From Synechococcus sp. A15-28 (lineage in GTDB: Bacteria; Cyanobacteriota; Cyanobacteriia; PCC-6307; Cyanobiaceae), in assembly GCF_014280175.1 (NCBI RefSeq), contig NZ_CP047931.1, forward strand, positions 960,001 through 992,000: 32,000 nucleotides of DNA, read 5' to 3'. The notes below the pieces were generated by a model. It was given only the letters and a program-made list of their open reading frames with translations, was not told where the DNA came from and searched no databases. Position 1 is the stretch's first letter. Every line of letters begins with the position of its first letter. Position numbers and translations under genes: made by a program. This document shows, one piece after another, positions 6,173 through 15,430 of this stretch.

Positions 6173-6451
6173 TCAAGCCAGCCATCGGGTGATCACCGTG
6201 CCGTCGTAAACGTGGCCTGAAGCTTCAACAACTGGCTTCGTTTGGGGATTCGTGAAGATGTCGTAAAGAACATTTTCGGGGCCTTGAAACATCACTGTTG
6301 CCCGTGTGGGATCGCCCTTACAGACTCCGATGTAAAAGGTTTGAACTCCCATCTCTGCGAACATCGCTTGCTGCTCGGGAGCATTCATCCAGGCACGGTA
6401 TTCGTCAAAGGTGTTGCTGATCTTGAAATCCAGAACAGTGGTTTCCGTCAT
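6173..6451 (-). CDS. DUF3764-family-like protein
   Basis: MTETTVLDFKISNTFDEYRAWMNAPEQQAMFAEMGVQTFYIGVCKGDPTRATVMFQGPENVLYDIF... family typical of marine picocyanobacteria. Confidence 0.75.
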   Translation of the reverse strand: MTETTVLDFKISNTFDEYRAWMNAPEQQAMFAEMGVQTFYIGVCKGDPTRATVMFQGPENVLYDIFTNPQTKPVVEASGHVYDGTVITRWLA

Positions 6452-6462
6452 GACTGATCAAA

Positions 6463-6573
6463 TCAGATAATTTCCTTCCGGCCTGCTTTGATCTGATCTC
6501 GGGCGGAGACCAGTCCTACAACAAGCAGGACCAGCAGTCCGGCATTGATGCTGATGAAGAACATCGTGTCCAT
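6463..6573 (-). CDS. putative single-TM microprotein, 36 aa
   Basis: MDTMFFISINAGLLVLLVVGLVSARDQIKAGRKEII: hydrophobic helix with basic C-terminal tail; below track cutoff. Confidence 0.6.
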   Translation of the reverse strand: MDTMFFISINAGLLVLLVVGLVSARDQIKAGRKEII

Positions 6574-6755
6574 GACTGTGAAGCGGTTCGTCCCTTGATA
6601 AGGAGATGCGGCAAGACAGCCCATCCGTCAGAAGACTCATTTAGTTAGGGGAGAGCGCTGCCCTGTTCGATCCCTCAGTTGAGGGAGGTGGTCTGTGTTG
6701 CGACACGCTGGTGTGAGATCGACCGTTCGCTGTGGGCAACCACGAGCGTTAATCC

Positions 6756-7661
6756 ATGGGGTTTCAAGGTCACCAGGCCCGCAAACGCTTCGGTCAACAC
6801 TGGCTGAAGGACCAGATGGTGCTCGATCGCATCGTGGCGGCGGCTGACCTGCAGTCGTCGGATCGCGTTCTTGAGGTGGGACCGGGGCGCGGTGCTCTCA
6901 CCGAGCTACTGCTGGCCTCCCCGGCTGCTGCCGTCCATGCCGTGGAACTGGATCGCGATCTGGTGGATGGCCTGCGGGATCGCTTTGGCGGAGATCCGCG
7001 CTTCAGCCTGTGTCAGGGGGATGTGCTGGAGCTGCCGCTGCAGCTGGAGGACGGCGTTGCGGCAAAAGTGGTGGCCAACATCCCTTACAACATCACAGGC
7101 CCGCTGCTGGATCGGCTGGTGGGGCGCCTCGATCGACCTGTGGATCCGCCCTACCAGCGTCTGGTGCTCTTGGTGCAAAAAGAAGTGGCTGAGCGGATCA
7201 GGGCCCGTCCCGGTCACAGCAGCTTCAGTGCCCTGAGCGTGCGGATGCAGTTGATGGCCCGGTGCACGACGGTCTGTCCTGTCCCTCCCCGCTGCTTTCA
7301 GCCACCTCCGAAGGTTCAGTCGGAGGTGATTCAGATCGACCCTCTGCCGTCGGCTCAGCGCCTGTCGCCTGCGTTGGCCCGACGGGTGGAGTCGTTGCTC
7401 AAGCAGGCCTTTCTGGCCCGCCGGAAGATGTTGCGCAACACCCTGGCATCGCTGGCTCCGGAGCCACAGCTGCAGGAGCTGGCCGCCGCTGCGGGGTTCC
7501 ACCTTCAACAACGGCCGCAGGAGTTGGCTCCGCAGACCTGGGTGGCTCTGGCCAGGGGTTTGAATCAGGGCACTGATGCGGCCTCAGCCGATGGGCACGA
7601 TCACGGTGACGGCACCGGCCAAGGTGAATCTTCATCTGGAGGTGCTGGGGGTCAGGCCTGA
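6756..7661 (+). CDS. rsmA: 16S rRNA (adenine(1518)-N(6)/adenine(1519)-N(6))-dimethyltransferase RsmA
   Basis: [41 protein letters not shown] motifs. Confidence 0.97.
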   Translation: MGFQGHQARKRFGQHWLKDQMVLDRIVAAADLQSSDRVLEVGPGRGALTELLLASPAAAVHAVELDRDLVDGLRDRFGGDPRFSLCQGDVLELPLQLEDGVAAKVVANIPYNITGPLLDRLVGRLDRPVDPPYQRLVLLVQKEVAERIRARPGHSSFSALSVRMQLMARCTTVCPVPPRCFQPPPKVQSEVIQIDPLPSAQRLSPALARRVESLLKQAFLARRKMLRNTLASLAPEPQLQELAAAAGFHLQQRPQELAPQTWVALARGLNQGTDAASADGHDHGDGTGQGESSSGGAGGQA

Positions 7662-8520
7662 CGGCTTTCACGAGCTGGCGATGGTGATGCAGAGCATCGA
7701 CCTCGCTGATCGCCTCAGCTTTCGAACGACGGCCGATGCTGAACTGACCCTCAGCTGTGACGATCCGAGTCTCAGCCTCGCGGACGACAACCTGGTGATC
7801 AAAGCGGCCCAGTTGCTGCGTCGTCGCTCCGGTTTGAGTGAACTGGGTGCCGCCATTCATCTGGAGAAACGCATCCCCATCGGTGCCGGGCTGGCCGGAG
7901 GTTCAAGCGACGGTGCTGCTGCCCTGGTGGGACTCAATGCCCTCTGGGGTCTGGGCCACAGCTCGGCAGACCTGGAGCGGCTTGCGGCCGAACTCGGTTC
8001 CGACATGCCGTTCTGCGTGGCGGGGGGCAGTCAGCTCTGTTTTGGTCGCGGCGAGCTGCTGGAGCCACTGCCTGCTGTGCAGGACCCCCTGGCAGTGCTC
8101 CTGGTGAAAGATCCAGACGTGAGCGTGTCGACTCCCTGGGCCTATCGCCGCTGCCGGGAGTTGCAGGGGGATCGCTATCTGCAGGGAGAAGACTCCTTCG
8201 AGCAACGTCGCCAGGTGTTGCGGGGGATGGCCTGGACCCAACCGATCCGTGCTGCGGAGCCGCCACCGCTGCGCAATGACCTGCAGTCGGTGGTGGCCCC
8301 TGAGACGCCCGCGGTTCAGGCTGCGCTTCGCCTGCTCTCCTCGCTTGAAGGCACCCTTGCCGTGGCCATGAGTGGATCCGGCCCCAGTTGTTTTGCGCTG
8401 TTTGCTGATCCAGCCAGCTGCGCGGCAGCCCAGACCAAACTGGATCATCAACTGGCTGCAGAGGGATTGCGAAGCTGGTGCTGCCCCTTGCAACCGCACG
8501 GCGTCAGGATCGAAGCATGA
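7591..8520 (+). CDS. ispE: 4-diphosphocytidyl-2-C-methyl-D-erythritol kinase
   Basis: [43 protein letters not shown] (GHMP kinase), [11 protein letters not shown]. Start could be 7576 or 7591. Confidence 0.97.
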   Translation: MGTITVTAPAKVNLHLEVLGVRPDGFHELAMVMQSIDLADRLSFRTTADAELTLSCDDPSLSLADDNLVIKAAQLLRRRSGLSELGAAIHLEKRIPIGAGLAGGSSDGAAALVGLNALWGLGHSSADLERLAAELGSDMPFCVAGGSQLCFGRGELLEPLPAVQDPLAVLLVKDPDVSVSTPWAYRRCRELQGDRYLQGEDSFEQRRQVLRGMAWTQPIRAAEPPPLRNDLQSVVAPETPAVQAALRLLSSLEGTLAVAMSGSGPSCFALFADPASCAAAQTKLDHQLAAEGLRSWCCPLQPHGVRIEA

Positions 8521-8834
8521 GCTCCTCCGACCCCAAGTCAACGCCAGCAGCGGAAGTACCTCGCAAGGGACCCCTGAGTTTTTTCTCCGGTGCCGTGACC
8601 GCGGGGGTCCTGGCCTGGCTGGCGCTGGGGCTCAGCCGGCGGATGGTGGTTTACTTCGCGGTCCATCCGCCCCACTACAGCTCCCCGATCGCCCAGAACA
8701 TCGCGGTGACCCTGAAGACGCTGCTGGTGGGGCTGTCGTTTCTGGCCACCTTCAGCACAGGCTTTGTGGCGCTAGGGCTCACGCTGGTGTTTCTTCGCAG
8801 TGTCTTCACAGGTCCCTCGAACGACCCTGCCTAG
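8517..8834 (+). CDS. DUF3082 membrane protein
   Basis: [52 protein letters not shown]...; ATGA overlap with ispE stop. Confidence 0.8.
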   Translation: MSSSDPKSTPAAEVPRKGPLSFFSGAVTAGVLAWLALGLSRRMVVYFAVHPPHYSSPIAQNIAVTLKTLLVGLSFLATFSTGFVALGLTLVFLRSVFTGPSNDPA

Positions 8835-8858
8835 CGTCGATTTGGCAGATCTCTGTTG

Positions 8859-8954
8859 ATGACTCCCCACGACCTCGGGCAGCTGGCGCTTCTGCTCTCT
8901 CCGGCGATGCTTCTGTCCGTGCTGTTGCTGTTCACCTTCGCCGCCGGCGGGTAA
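8859..8954 (+). CDS. putative hydrophobic microprotein, 31 aa
   Basis: MTPHDLGQLALLLSPAMLLSVLLLFTFAAGG in the DUF3082-pdhB intergenic gap. Confidence 0.45.
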   Translation: MTPHDLGQLALLLSPAMLLSVLLLFTFAAGG

Positions 8955-9016
8955 CGCTGCCCTGGCTGAGATAGCTTGGCCGCTCACCCCGGATTGGCCG
9001 GGATCGCAGCGACGCC

Positions 9017-10000
9017 GTGGCAGGAACCCTTCTCTTCAACGCCCTGCGGGAAGCCATCGACGAGGAGATGGCCCGCGACCCTTACGTCTGTGTGATGGGT
9101 GAGGACGTCGGTCACTACGGCGGCAGCTACAAGGTCACCAAGGATCTCTGCGAGAAGTACGGCGATCTGCGGGTGTTGGACACCCCGATTGCCGAGAACG
9201 GCTTCACCGGCATGGCAGTCGGAGCGGCCATGACCGGCCTGCGGCCGATCGTTGAGGGGATGAACATGGGTTTCCTGCTGCTCGCCTTCAACCAGATCTC
9301 CAACAATATGGGGATGTTGCGCTATACCAGCGGCGGCAACTTCACGATTCCCACGGTGGTGCGCGGTCCCGGGGGAGTCGGCCGGCAGCTTGGGGCTGAG
9401 CACAGCCAGCGCCTTGAGGCCTATTTCCATGCTGTTCCCGGCATCAAGATCGTGGCCTGCAGCACGCCGACCAACGCCAAGGGGCTGATGAAGGCGGCGA
9501 TCCGAGACAACAACCCGGTGTTGTTCTTCGAGCATGTGCTGCTCTACAACCTCAGCGAGGAACTGCCGGAGGGTGAGTTCACCTGCGCGCTCGATCAGGC
9601 GGATCTGGTGCAGGAAGGCAGCGATGTCACGATCCTCACCTACTCCCGCATGCGTCACCACTGCCTCAAGGCCGTGGAACAGCTGGAGGCTTTCGGCATC
9701 AGTGTCGAGTTGATCGACCTGATCAGTCTCAAGCCCTTCGATATGGAGACCATCGGGCGATCCATCCGCAAGACCCACCGCGTGATCGTGGTGGAGGAAT
9801 GCATGAAGACCGGCGGCATCGGTGCTGAGTTGATCGCTCTGATCACGGAGCAATGCTTCGACGATCTCGATGCCCGACCTGTGCGGCTCTCCAGTCAGGA
9901 CATTCCCACCCCTTACAACGGCTCCCTGGAGAATCTGACGATCATCCAGCCCCATCAGATCGTGGAAGCCGCCCAGCAGATGGTGCGTCAAGGGGTTTGA
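9017..10000 (+). CDS. pdhB: pyruvate dehydrogenase E1 component beta subunit
   Basis: [44 protein letters not shown]...; full-length transketolase-like E1 beta. Confidence 0.97.
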   Translation: MAGTLLFNALREAIDEEMARDPYVCVMGEDVGHYGGSYKVTKDLCEKYGDLRVLDTPIAENGFTGMAVGAAMTGLRPIVEGMNMGFLLLAFNQISNNMGMLRYTSGGNFTIPTVVRGPGGVGRQLGAEHSQRLEAYFHAVPGIKIVACSTPTNAKGLMKAAIRDNNPVLFFEHVLLYNLSEELPEGEFTCALDQADLVQEGSDVTILTYSRMRHHCLKAVEQLEAFGISVELIDLISLKPFDMETIGRSIRKTHRVIVVEECMKTGGIGAELIALITEQCFDDLDARPVRLSSQDIPTPYNGSLENLTIIQPHQIVEAAQQMVRQGV

Positions 10001-10004
10001 GTTG

Positions 10005-11486
10005 ATGGCGCGTTATCAGGGCTGGTTCGCCTTTGTTCTCGCCCTGGCCATTGCGTCAGGGATGTTTCTGGTCCGCACTCCGCTCCAGCTTGGGCTGGAT
10101 CTGCGCGGCGGCAGTCAGTTGACGGTGCAGGTTCAACCGGCAGGGGACGTCAAGGTGGTGGGCGATCGCGAAATGGAAGCCGTCAAGGCGGTGCTGGATC
10201 GTCGTGTGAATGGCCTGGGGGTGGCGGAATCCACGCTCCAGACCGTCGGTACCGACCAGCTGGTGTTGCAACTTCCTGGTGAACAGGACCCCACAGCCGC
10301 GGCCCGGGTTCTTGGTGACACGGCTCTGCTGGAGTTCCGCGCCCAGCGGGAGAGCACCGAATCTGAATTTCGCAGCTTGCGTCAGCTCCAGTCCCAGGCC
10401 GGAGCCATCCTTCAACTGCGCAAGGACCAACGCCGGCGCGGCGAGACACCGGATGAGCTCAACCTGGAGGATCTGAAGGATGTGCAGTCGTCCTTGGGCT
10501 TGAAGGCCGAAGGTGGCAGCGACGATGAGCTGCTTCAGGCGCTGCTGGATCAGGTGGACGATGAACTCCTCACCCTGTTGGACCCGGCGGCGCTGACGGG
10601 AAAACAACTGGTGACGGCGGGTCGACAGCCCTTGCAGAACAACCCCAACAGCTGGGAGGTGACGCTGAATTTCGATGCTGAGGGCGCGGAAGCCTTTGCC
10701 GATCTGACCAAGTCGATCGCCGGTTCCGAGCGGCTGCTGGCCATCACGTTGGACAACAAGCTGATCAGTGCGGCCAGCGTGGGACCACAGTTCAAAAGCG
10801 CTGGAATTTCTGGCGGTGCAGCCACCATCAGCGGCAACTTTGATGCTGAAACTGCCCGGGAACTGGAGGTGAAACTGCGCGGCGGTTCTCTTCCGCTTCC
10901 GGTTGAAGTGGTGGAGGTGCGCACGATCGGGCCGACGCTCGGTGCCGAGAACATTCGCCGGAGCCTGATGGCTGCATTGTCTGGCCTCGCCCTGGTGGCG
11001 GTGTTCATGGTGGTGGCTTATCGGTTGCCAGGTGTCGTGGCCGTAGCGGCCCTGAGCCTGTATGCCCTGTTCAATCTCTCGGTCTATGCCCTGATTCCAG
11101 TGACGCTCACCCTGCCTGGGATTGCTGGATTCATCCTCTCCATCGGTATGGCGGTGGATGCCAACGTGCTGATCTTCGAGCGAATCAAGGATGAGTTACG
11201 GGGCGGCAACACCCTGATCCGTTCGATCGACACCGGTTTTTCGGAGGCCTTCAGTTCGATTCTCGATGGTCACCTCACCACGCTGATCAGTTGCGCGGCT
11301 CTGTTTTTTCTCGGCACCGGCCTGGTGAAGGGGTTTGCGGCAACCCTTGGCATCGGTGTGCTTTTGAGTCTGTTCACAGCCCTCACCTGTACCCGCACCC
11401 TGCTGCGTTTCCTGATGGGCTACGCCGGCCTGCGCCGTCCCACCTATTTCATTGCTCAGGGACAACGTCCCACCACGACTGCCTGA
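10005..11486 (+). CDS. secD: protein translocase subunit SecD
   Basis: LGLDLRGGSQLTVQV, GMAVDANVLIFERIKDELRGG. Confidence 0.97.
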   Translation: MARYQGWFAFVLALAIASGMFLVRTPLQLGLDLRGGSQLTVQVQPAGDVKVVGDREMEAVKAVLDRRVNGLGVAESTLQTVGTDQLVLQLPGEQDPTAAARVLGDTALLEFRAQRESTESEFRSLRQLQSQAGAILQLRKDQRRRGETPDELNLEDLKDVQSSLGLKAEGGSDDELLQALLDQVDDELLTLLDPAALTGKQLVTAGRQPLQNNPNSWEVTLNFDAEGAEAFADLTKSIAGSERLLAITLDNKLISAASVGPQFKSAGISGGAATISGNFDAETARELEVKLRGGSLPLPVEVVEVRTIGPTLGAENIRRSLMAALSGLALVAVFMVVAYRLPGVVAVAALSLYALFNLSVYALIPVTLTLPGIAGFILSIGMAVDANVLIFERIKDELRGGNTLIRSIDTGFSEAFSSILDGHLTTLISCAALFFLGTGLVKGFAATLGIGVLLSLFTALTCTRTLLRFLMGYAGLRRPTYFIAQGQRPTTTA

Positions 11487-11489
11487 TCG

Positions 11490-12467
11490 ATGGCCGCTTC
11501 CCCCAACACCACATTGGTTCTGCGCCTGCCCCTGAGCTCATCTCGACGTCGTGTCTGGCTGGTCTCGGGTCTCACTGTGCTGGTGGCTCTGGTCGGACTG
11601 ATCAGTTGCTGGCTGAATCCAGGCATCGCAGCACCCCTGCGACCGGGGCTCGATTTCACCGGGGGAACGCAGATCCAGTTGGAGCGCGACTGCGGTGAAA
11701 GCTGCCGCGACCTGAAGTCCATTGCCGTCTCTGCCCCTGTTCAATCCCTGCTCTTGCCGGCTGAGAAGGAGGACTCCGTTCCCAACCTCCGTTCGGCGCG
11801 GGTGCAGTTGCTTGACGGAGGCCAGTCGCTGGTGCTGCGTGTGCCCACGCTGACGGCTGCCCAGGGTCAGGCTCTGATTGCTGCGGTTGAACCCATTGCC
11901 GGTCCGTTTGTCGCAGGGGGACAGTCGGTCGACACCATCGGTCCGAGTCTGGGGCGTCAATTGCTGCGCAGCACGCTGATCTCCCTGGTGGTGGCTTTTG
12001 GTGGAATTGCCCTGTACATCTCCTTTCGCTACGACGGCCGTTATGCCTTTCTGGCGCTCGTGGCTCTGGCCCATGACGTCGTGATCGTCTGTGGGGTCTT
12101 CGCCTGGTTGGGTTTGTTGATGCAACTGGAAGTGGACAGCCTCTTCGCCGTGGCTCTGCTGACGATCGCCGGCTATTCCGTGAATGACACCGTTGTGGTG
12201 TTCGATCGGATCCGGGAGCGTTCCCGTGATGGTGCGGACCTGAGACTCTCGGAGCAGGTGGATCAAGCGGTGTCCGCAACCCTCACCCGCACGCTTTACA
12301 CCAGTGGCACCACTTTGCTGCCCCTTTTGGCCTTGATCTTCTTCGGCGGAGCAACCCTTTACTGGTTCGCCATTGCTCTGGCGTTGGGGGTGGTGGTGGG
12401 CAGCTGGTCCAGCATTGCCCTGGCACCTTCGTTGCTCACGTTGTGGGAACCCCGTGCTGAATCCTGA
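11490..12467 (+). CDS. secF: protein translocase subunit SecF
   Basis: LRPGLDFTGGTQIQLE, AGYSVNDTVVVFDRIRERSR. Confidence 0.97.
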   Translation: MAASPNTTLVLRLPLSSSRRRVWLVSGLTVLVALVGLISCWLNPGIAAPLRPGLDFTGGTQIQLERDCGESCRDLKSIAVSAPVQSLLLPAEKEDSVPNLRSARVQLLDGGQSLVLRVPTLTAAQGQALIAAVEPIAGPFVAGGQSVDTIGPSLGRQLLRSTLISLVVAFGGIALYISFRYDGRYAFLALVALAHDVVIVCGVFAWLGLLMQLEVDSLFAVALLTIAGYSVNDTVVVFDRIRERSRDGADLRLSEQVDQAVSATLTRTLYTSGTTLLPLLALIFFGGATLYWFAIALALGVVVGSWSSIALAPSLLTLWEPRAES

Positions 12468-12672
12468 TCGCCACCAATCCTCGGCGGCACAGCGGTCGGC
12501 ACGATGGTGGCCTTTGTTGCTGGTGCTGCTGGCGTTGGGGGATCTGAGGACGGAAATTTTGCTCCTGCTTGACCACTTCACGCTGACCAGCGCTCTTTAT
12601 GCCCTGAGTCATCACGCCCTGGCTGTGGCCGTGCTGATCGGTGCACCCTCGCTCTGGCGCCGCTACGCCTGA
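12454..12672 (+). CDS. conserved-looking small membrane protein downstream of secF (GTG start proposed)
   Basis: ...RSARWWPLLLVLLALGDLRTEILLLLDHFTLTSALYALSHHALAVAVLIGAPSLWRRYA; track opens at 12373 inside secF. Confidence 0.65.
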   Translation: MLNPDRHQSSAAQRSARWWPLLLVLLALGDLRTEILLLLDHFTLTSALYALSHHALAVAVLIGAPSLWRRYA

Positions 12673-13058
12673 GAGGGGCGGGCACCGAATTCACTCCAGA
12701 TGGACGACCAGATCCGCCGTTTGATGTCGTCGTTCCAATGACCGCCGGAGGCATTGGATGCCCACCACGAATCGAACAGCTCCTCCGCTTCCTCGTAAAG
12801 CAACTCTGGATCAAGGTTCTCTCGAACCAGTTGCAGCACCGCCTGTCTCAGCTCCTCGTAGCGGCTGAAATTGAAGATCACATCCACGGCAAGTTGTCCG
12901 GGCAGACACCGTCCACCGTATGGGATCACTCGGAAGACCAAATAGCGCGATAAACCGTCGGATTCGGTTAGCGTCTCAATCTCTATCTTGCCTGACGCAT
13001 GTTGAAAGCTCTGGTCTCGATGTTGTTTGCAGCCGTGCTGTGGGTTCAGGTTCCTCAA
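12663..13058 (-). CDS. hypothetical protein (start uncertain; track start is TTG)
   Basis: Coherent acidic/aromatic protein: ...LAVDVIFNFSRYEELRQAVLQLVRENLDPELLYEEAEELFDSWWASNASGGHWNDDIKRRIWSSIW. Confidence 0.6.
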   Translation of the reverse strand: MRNLNPQHGCKQHRDQSFQHASGKIEIETLTESDGLSRYLVFRVIPYGGRCLPGQLAVDVIFNFSRYEELRQAVLQLVRENLDPELLYEEAEELFDSWWASNASGGHWNDDIKRRIWSSIWSEFGARPSQA

Positions 13059-13259
13059 TGGGAGAACGACTGGTCAAGATGTTCTGTTGACGTTCCGGAC
13101 GTGGATTGTCATTGGTATGTGGTGGCACCAGACAACACCTTTGGTGAGGGATTCAGCTGGTCGAACGCACCGTGGTTCAGTGCTGAGGGGTTGTTGGATG
13201 TCGGCAACCTGAAGCAAACAATGGGCAACATTCACGCAACTGCTGCTGCTGATGCCTGA
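12999..13259 (+). CDS. putative small exported protein
   Basis: MLKALVSMLFAAVLWVQVPQWENDWSRCSVDVPDVDCHWYVVAPDNTFGEGFSW..., signal-like N-terminus. Confidence 0.55.
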   Translation: MLKALVSMLFAAVLWVQVPQWENDWSRCSVDVPDVDCHWYVVAPDNTFGEGFSWSNAPWFSAEGLLDVGNLKQTMGNIHATAAADA

Positions 13260-13275
13260 GTTCATCAACAACCAG

Positions 13276-13452
13276 TCAGGCAAATAAATCTTGCAGATCC
13301 TGTCGGCGTGCTCGACGACTCTGGGGAGAATCCAATGGTGATTCGCCCTGATGAATGACGCTCATCGAGCAGGCAAGGGCTCGAAAAGGGCTGTGAATTC
13401 CATCGTCAATCTCGCTGCCGATCGGGTAGCCATTGGACAAATGAACAGTCAT
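13276..13452 (-). CDS. small protein, PFRALAC-motif family member 2 (start MTVHLSNGYP; track opens at 13470)
   Basis: MTVHLSNGYPIGSEIDDGIHSPFRALACSMSVI... aligns without gaps to the 4760-4960 ORF. Confidence 0.65.
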   Translation of the reverse strand: MTVHLSNGYPIGSEIDDGIHSPFRALACSMSVIHQGESPLDSPQSRRARRQDLQDLFA

Positions 13453-13791
13453 TTTGAACAATATTTCCACACATGGTCTACGGAGCTGCTGTCGAGAACT
13501 GACGACCGGTTTACCGAACTCAAGTGGTCAAATGACTCAAAACAGCTCCAAGACGCATTCCTGATTTCTGATACCCAGCGATTGCCAGGGCGACCACCGA
13601 GAAATTGAGCACAAGGAAAGCGGTGATCAGCTTGAGTTCGTTTCTCATTCCCGCAATCTGATCCATCCTTGAGGCCGGCGTGGATCAGGTCTTCATTTGG
13701 CAATCGGTCGCCTCAGCAGACCGATGTGATTCAGCCTCGCAGTGGCCGTGGAGCCGTCGTTAATGTTTTTTAACAATCCGTCTGCGCTGTC

Positions 13792-14031
13792 GTGCTTGGT
13801 GCCCTGTTCCCTCTTGCGTATGTCGTTGTTTTTGTCGGCCTGCTGCTTCAGGCCTTTCGGATGATGAGGATTTCTGCCGCATCATCGATGAAGGAGGCGA
13901 CAGATCGAACAGGGCTTCGCACGGTTCATCCTGAGTTGTTGGATGCGAAGGGCAACGTCACTGACGAGGAGCTTTGGGCTGTTCGCTTTCAGGATCTGAA
14001 CGAAAACGGCTTGGCTCCTGAAGCCAGCTGA
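13792..14031 (+). CDS. DUF2973-like small membrane-anchored protein
   Basis: N-terminal TM helix, then TGLRTVHPELLDAKGNVTDEELWAVRFQDLNENG. Confidence 0.75.
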   Translation: MLGALFPLAYVVVFVGLLLQAFRMMRISAASSMKEATDRTGLRTVHPELLDAKGNVTDEELWAVRFQDLNENGLAPEAS

Positions 14032-14137
14032 CCATTGACCGCGGAGCCGAGAGAGAAACAAGACTCGCCTGTCACTCCCGAGCGATTCGGCTCCGCTCAC
14101 GCACCCTGACCACGGGAACGTTGGCTGGGGGTAATCG

Positions 14138-14302
14138 ATGGAATCTCTCTCGTCATTGGAAGACGATGTGAAGGCGCAGGAACAGTCCCTGCCGAGCCTT
14201 GTCAAGTCGGAGGGACTGTTTTCTGCCAGCTACCAAGTCGCTCTCTCGGTGCTGCTGAAGCGTCCACCCGATGGTCAGTGGAACCTCAGGTGCCCTTTTT
14301 AG
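14138..14302 (+). CDS. hypothetical small ORF, 54 aa
   Basis: MESLSSLEDDVKAQEQSLPSLVKSEGLFSASYQVALSVLLKRPPDGQWNLRCPF; open frame only. Confidence 0.25.
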   Translation: MESLSSLEDDVKAQEQSLPSLVKSEGLFSASYQVALSVLLKRPPDGQWNLRCPF

Positions 14303-14428
14303 AGAGTTCGGCCTGGCCACGCACGTGATGTTCCACGGATTTTTGGGATCAAGGATTTCTTCCATGAAGCTCCTTGAAACCTGTGCTCAGGACGACAGAA
14401 CGTCCGGCCGAGTCGAACTAGCCGATGA

Positions 14429-15430
14429 CTAGGACCAGTGGTCCATCACCTGGCGCACCACCACCCATTGCATGAACACCTGCAGCACCACAACGAGGGG
14501 AAGAGCCAGCAGCACTCCTGGGAGTCCCAGCAGGGCACCGAGGCTGAGTTGCGCCATCAGGGCCACCGTCGGTAGCAGGTTCACGGTTTTCCGCAGCAGG
14601 AGCGGTGTGAGCAGAAAGGCTTCAAGGTTCTGCAAAATCAAGCGGAACACCAGGACGGACACCACAAGCTGAGGGGATTGCAGCAGGGCCAGTCCTGTGG
14701 GCAAAAGCGTCGCTGCAGTTGGTCCGATGGTGGGTACAAAGGTGAGCAGTCCGCACACCAGGGCGCTGAGGAGGGCCAGGGGAGCCTTGAGCAGCAGCAG
14801 GCCACCCCAGGTGAGCAGGAACACCGTTGTGGCAGAGAGGGTCATCCCCGTCAGCCATCCGCCGAGGGCCTGACGGCTTTCATCCAGCAGCTGCACCATC
14901 AGGTCCCGTGCCGGACGCGGGCTGATGGCCACCACCATGCCCCGATGAGAGGCGGGATCCAGGGCCAGCAGGATGGCCAGCAGGACCATCAACAACACCT
15001 GGATCAGCGAGTTTGCCGCCCCTCCGGCCACCCCCAGCAACTGACGCCCCAGTGATTGCAGATTCTCAGGACTCACACCTGCGCCGAAGGCCTGATTCAG
15101 CGCAGCCAATCGGGGATCAGCTCCCAGCCATCCGGAAAGCTTGTTGAACAGCTCGGGGAGATCCTGCCCCAGTTGTTGGGTCTGGGTGATCAGTTCCGGC
15201 AGCAACAGCTGGCCTATCAACAGACCTGCCAGCAGCAGACCCGCCAGAACGGCCAGCAGGGCCTGGGGTCTGGCCAGATGGCTTCGGTCCTGCAGCTGAT
15301 GGATCAGCACATCCAGGGCGACGGCCACGACCACCGCACCGAACAGCACCAGCAGCACCCAGCGCAGCTGCCAGATCAGCAGCGCCAGCAACACGAAGGT
15401 GAGAGTCAGCAGAGCTGATTGAGCCGTCAT
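14429..15430 (-). CDS. AI-2E family transporter (permease-like)
   Basis: Multiple TM helices, LTFVPTIGPTAATLLPTGLALL, C-terminal LPGVLLALPLVVVLQVFMQ. Confidence 0.9.
   Translation of the reverse strand: MTAQSALLTLTFVLLALLIWQLRWVLLVLFGAVVVAVALDVLIHQLQDRSHLARPQALLAVLAGLLLAGLLIGQLLLPELITQTQQLGQDLPELFNKLSGWLGADPRLAALNQAFGAGVSPENLQSLGRQLLGVAGGAANSLIQVLLMVLLAILLALDPASHRGMVVAISPRPARDLMVQLLDESRQALGGWLTGMTLSATTVFLLTWGGLLLLKAPLALLSALVCGLLTFVPTIGPTAATLLPTGLALLQSPQLVVSVLVFRLILQNLEAFLLTPLLLRKTVNLLPTVALMAQLSLGALLGLPGVLLALPLVVVLQVFMQWVVVRQVMDHWS

Noticed and set aside
1-6600. Lanthipeptide/prochlorosin precursor cluster in the small-ORF-rich region
   Set aside because: No nitrile-hydratase/Nif11-like leader or GG cleavage site preceding a Cys/Ser/Thr core was found, and no LanM-like synthetase is in the window.
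8984-9991. 335-aa minus-strand ORF antisense to pdhB
   Set aside because: Codon-mirror ORF of a GC-rich, highly conserved plus-strand gene; the His/Asp-rich composition is typical of antisense translation.
11538-12581. 347-aa minus-strand ORF antisense to secF
   Set aside because: Low-complexity Gln/Arg/His-rich translation opposite a well-identified secF; no family features.
13449-13703. 84-aa minus-strand ORF next to PFRALAC member 2
   Set aside because: Overlaps a divergent 55-aa frame and has no hydrophobic, catalytic or family-like pattern; insufficient support.
14153-14365. 70-aa minus-strand ORF
   Set aside because: Overlapped by an alternative plus-strand frame and lacks an SD or recognisable pattern; neither strand is well supported.
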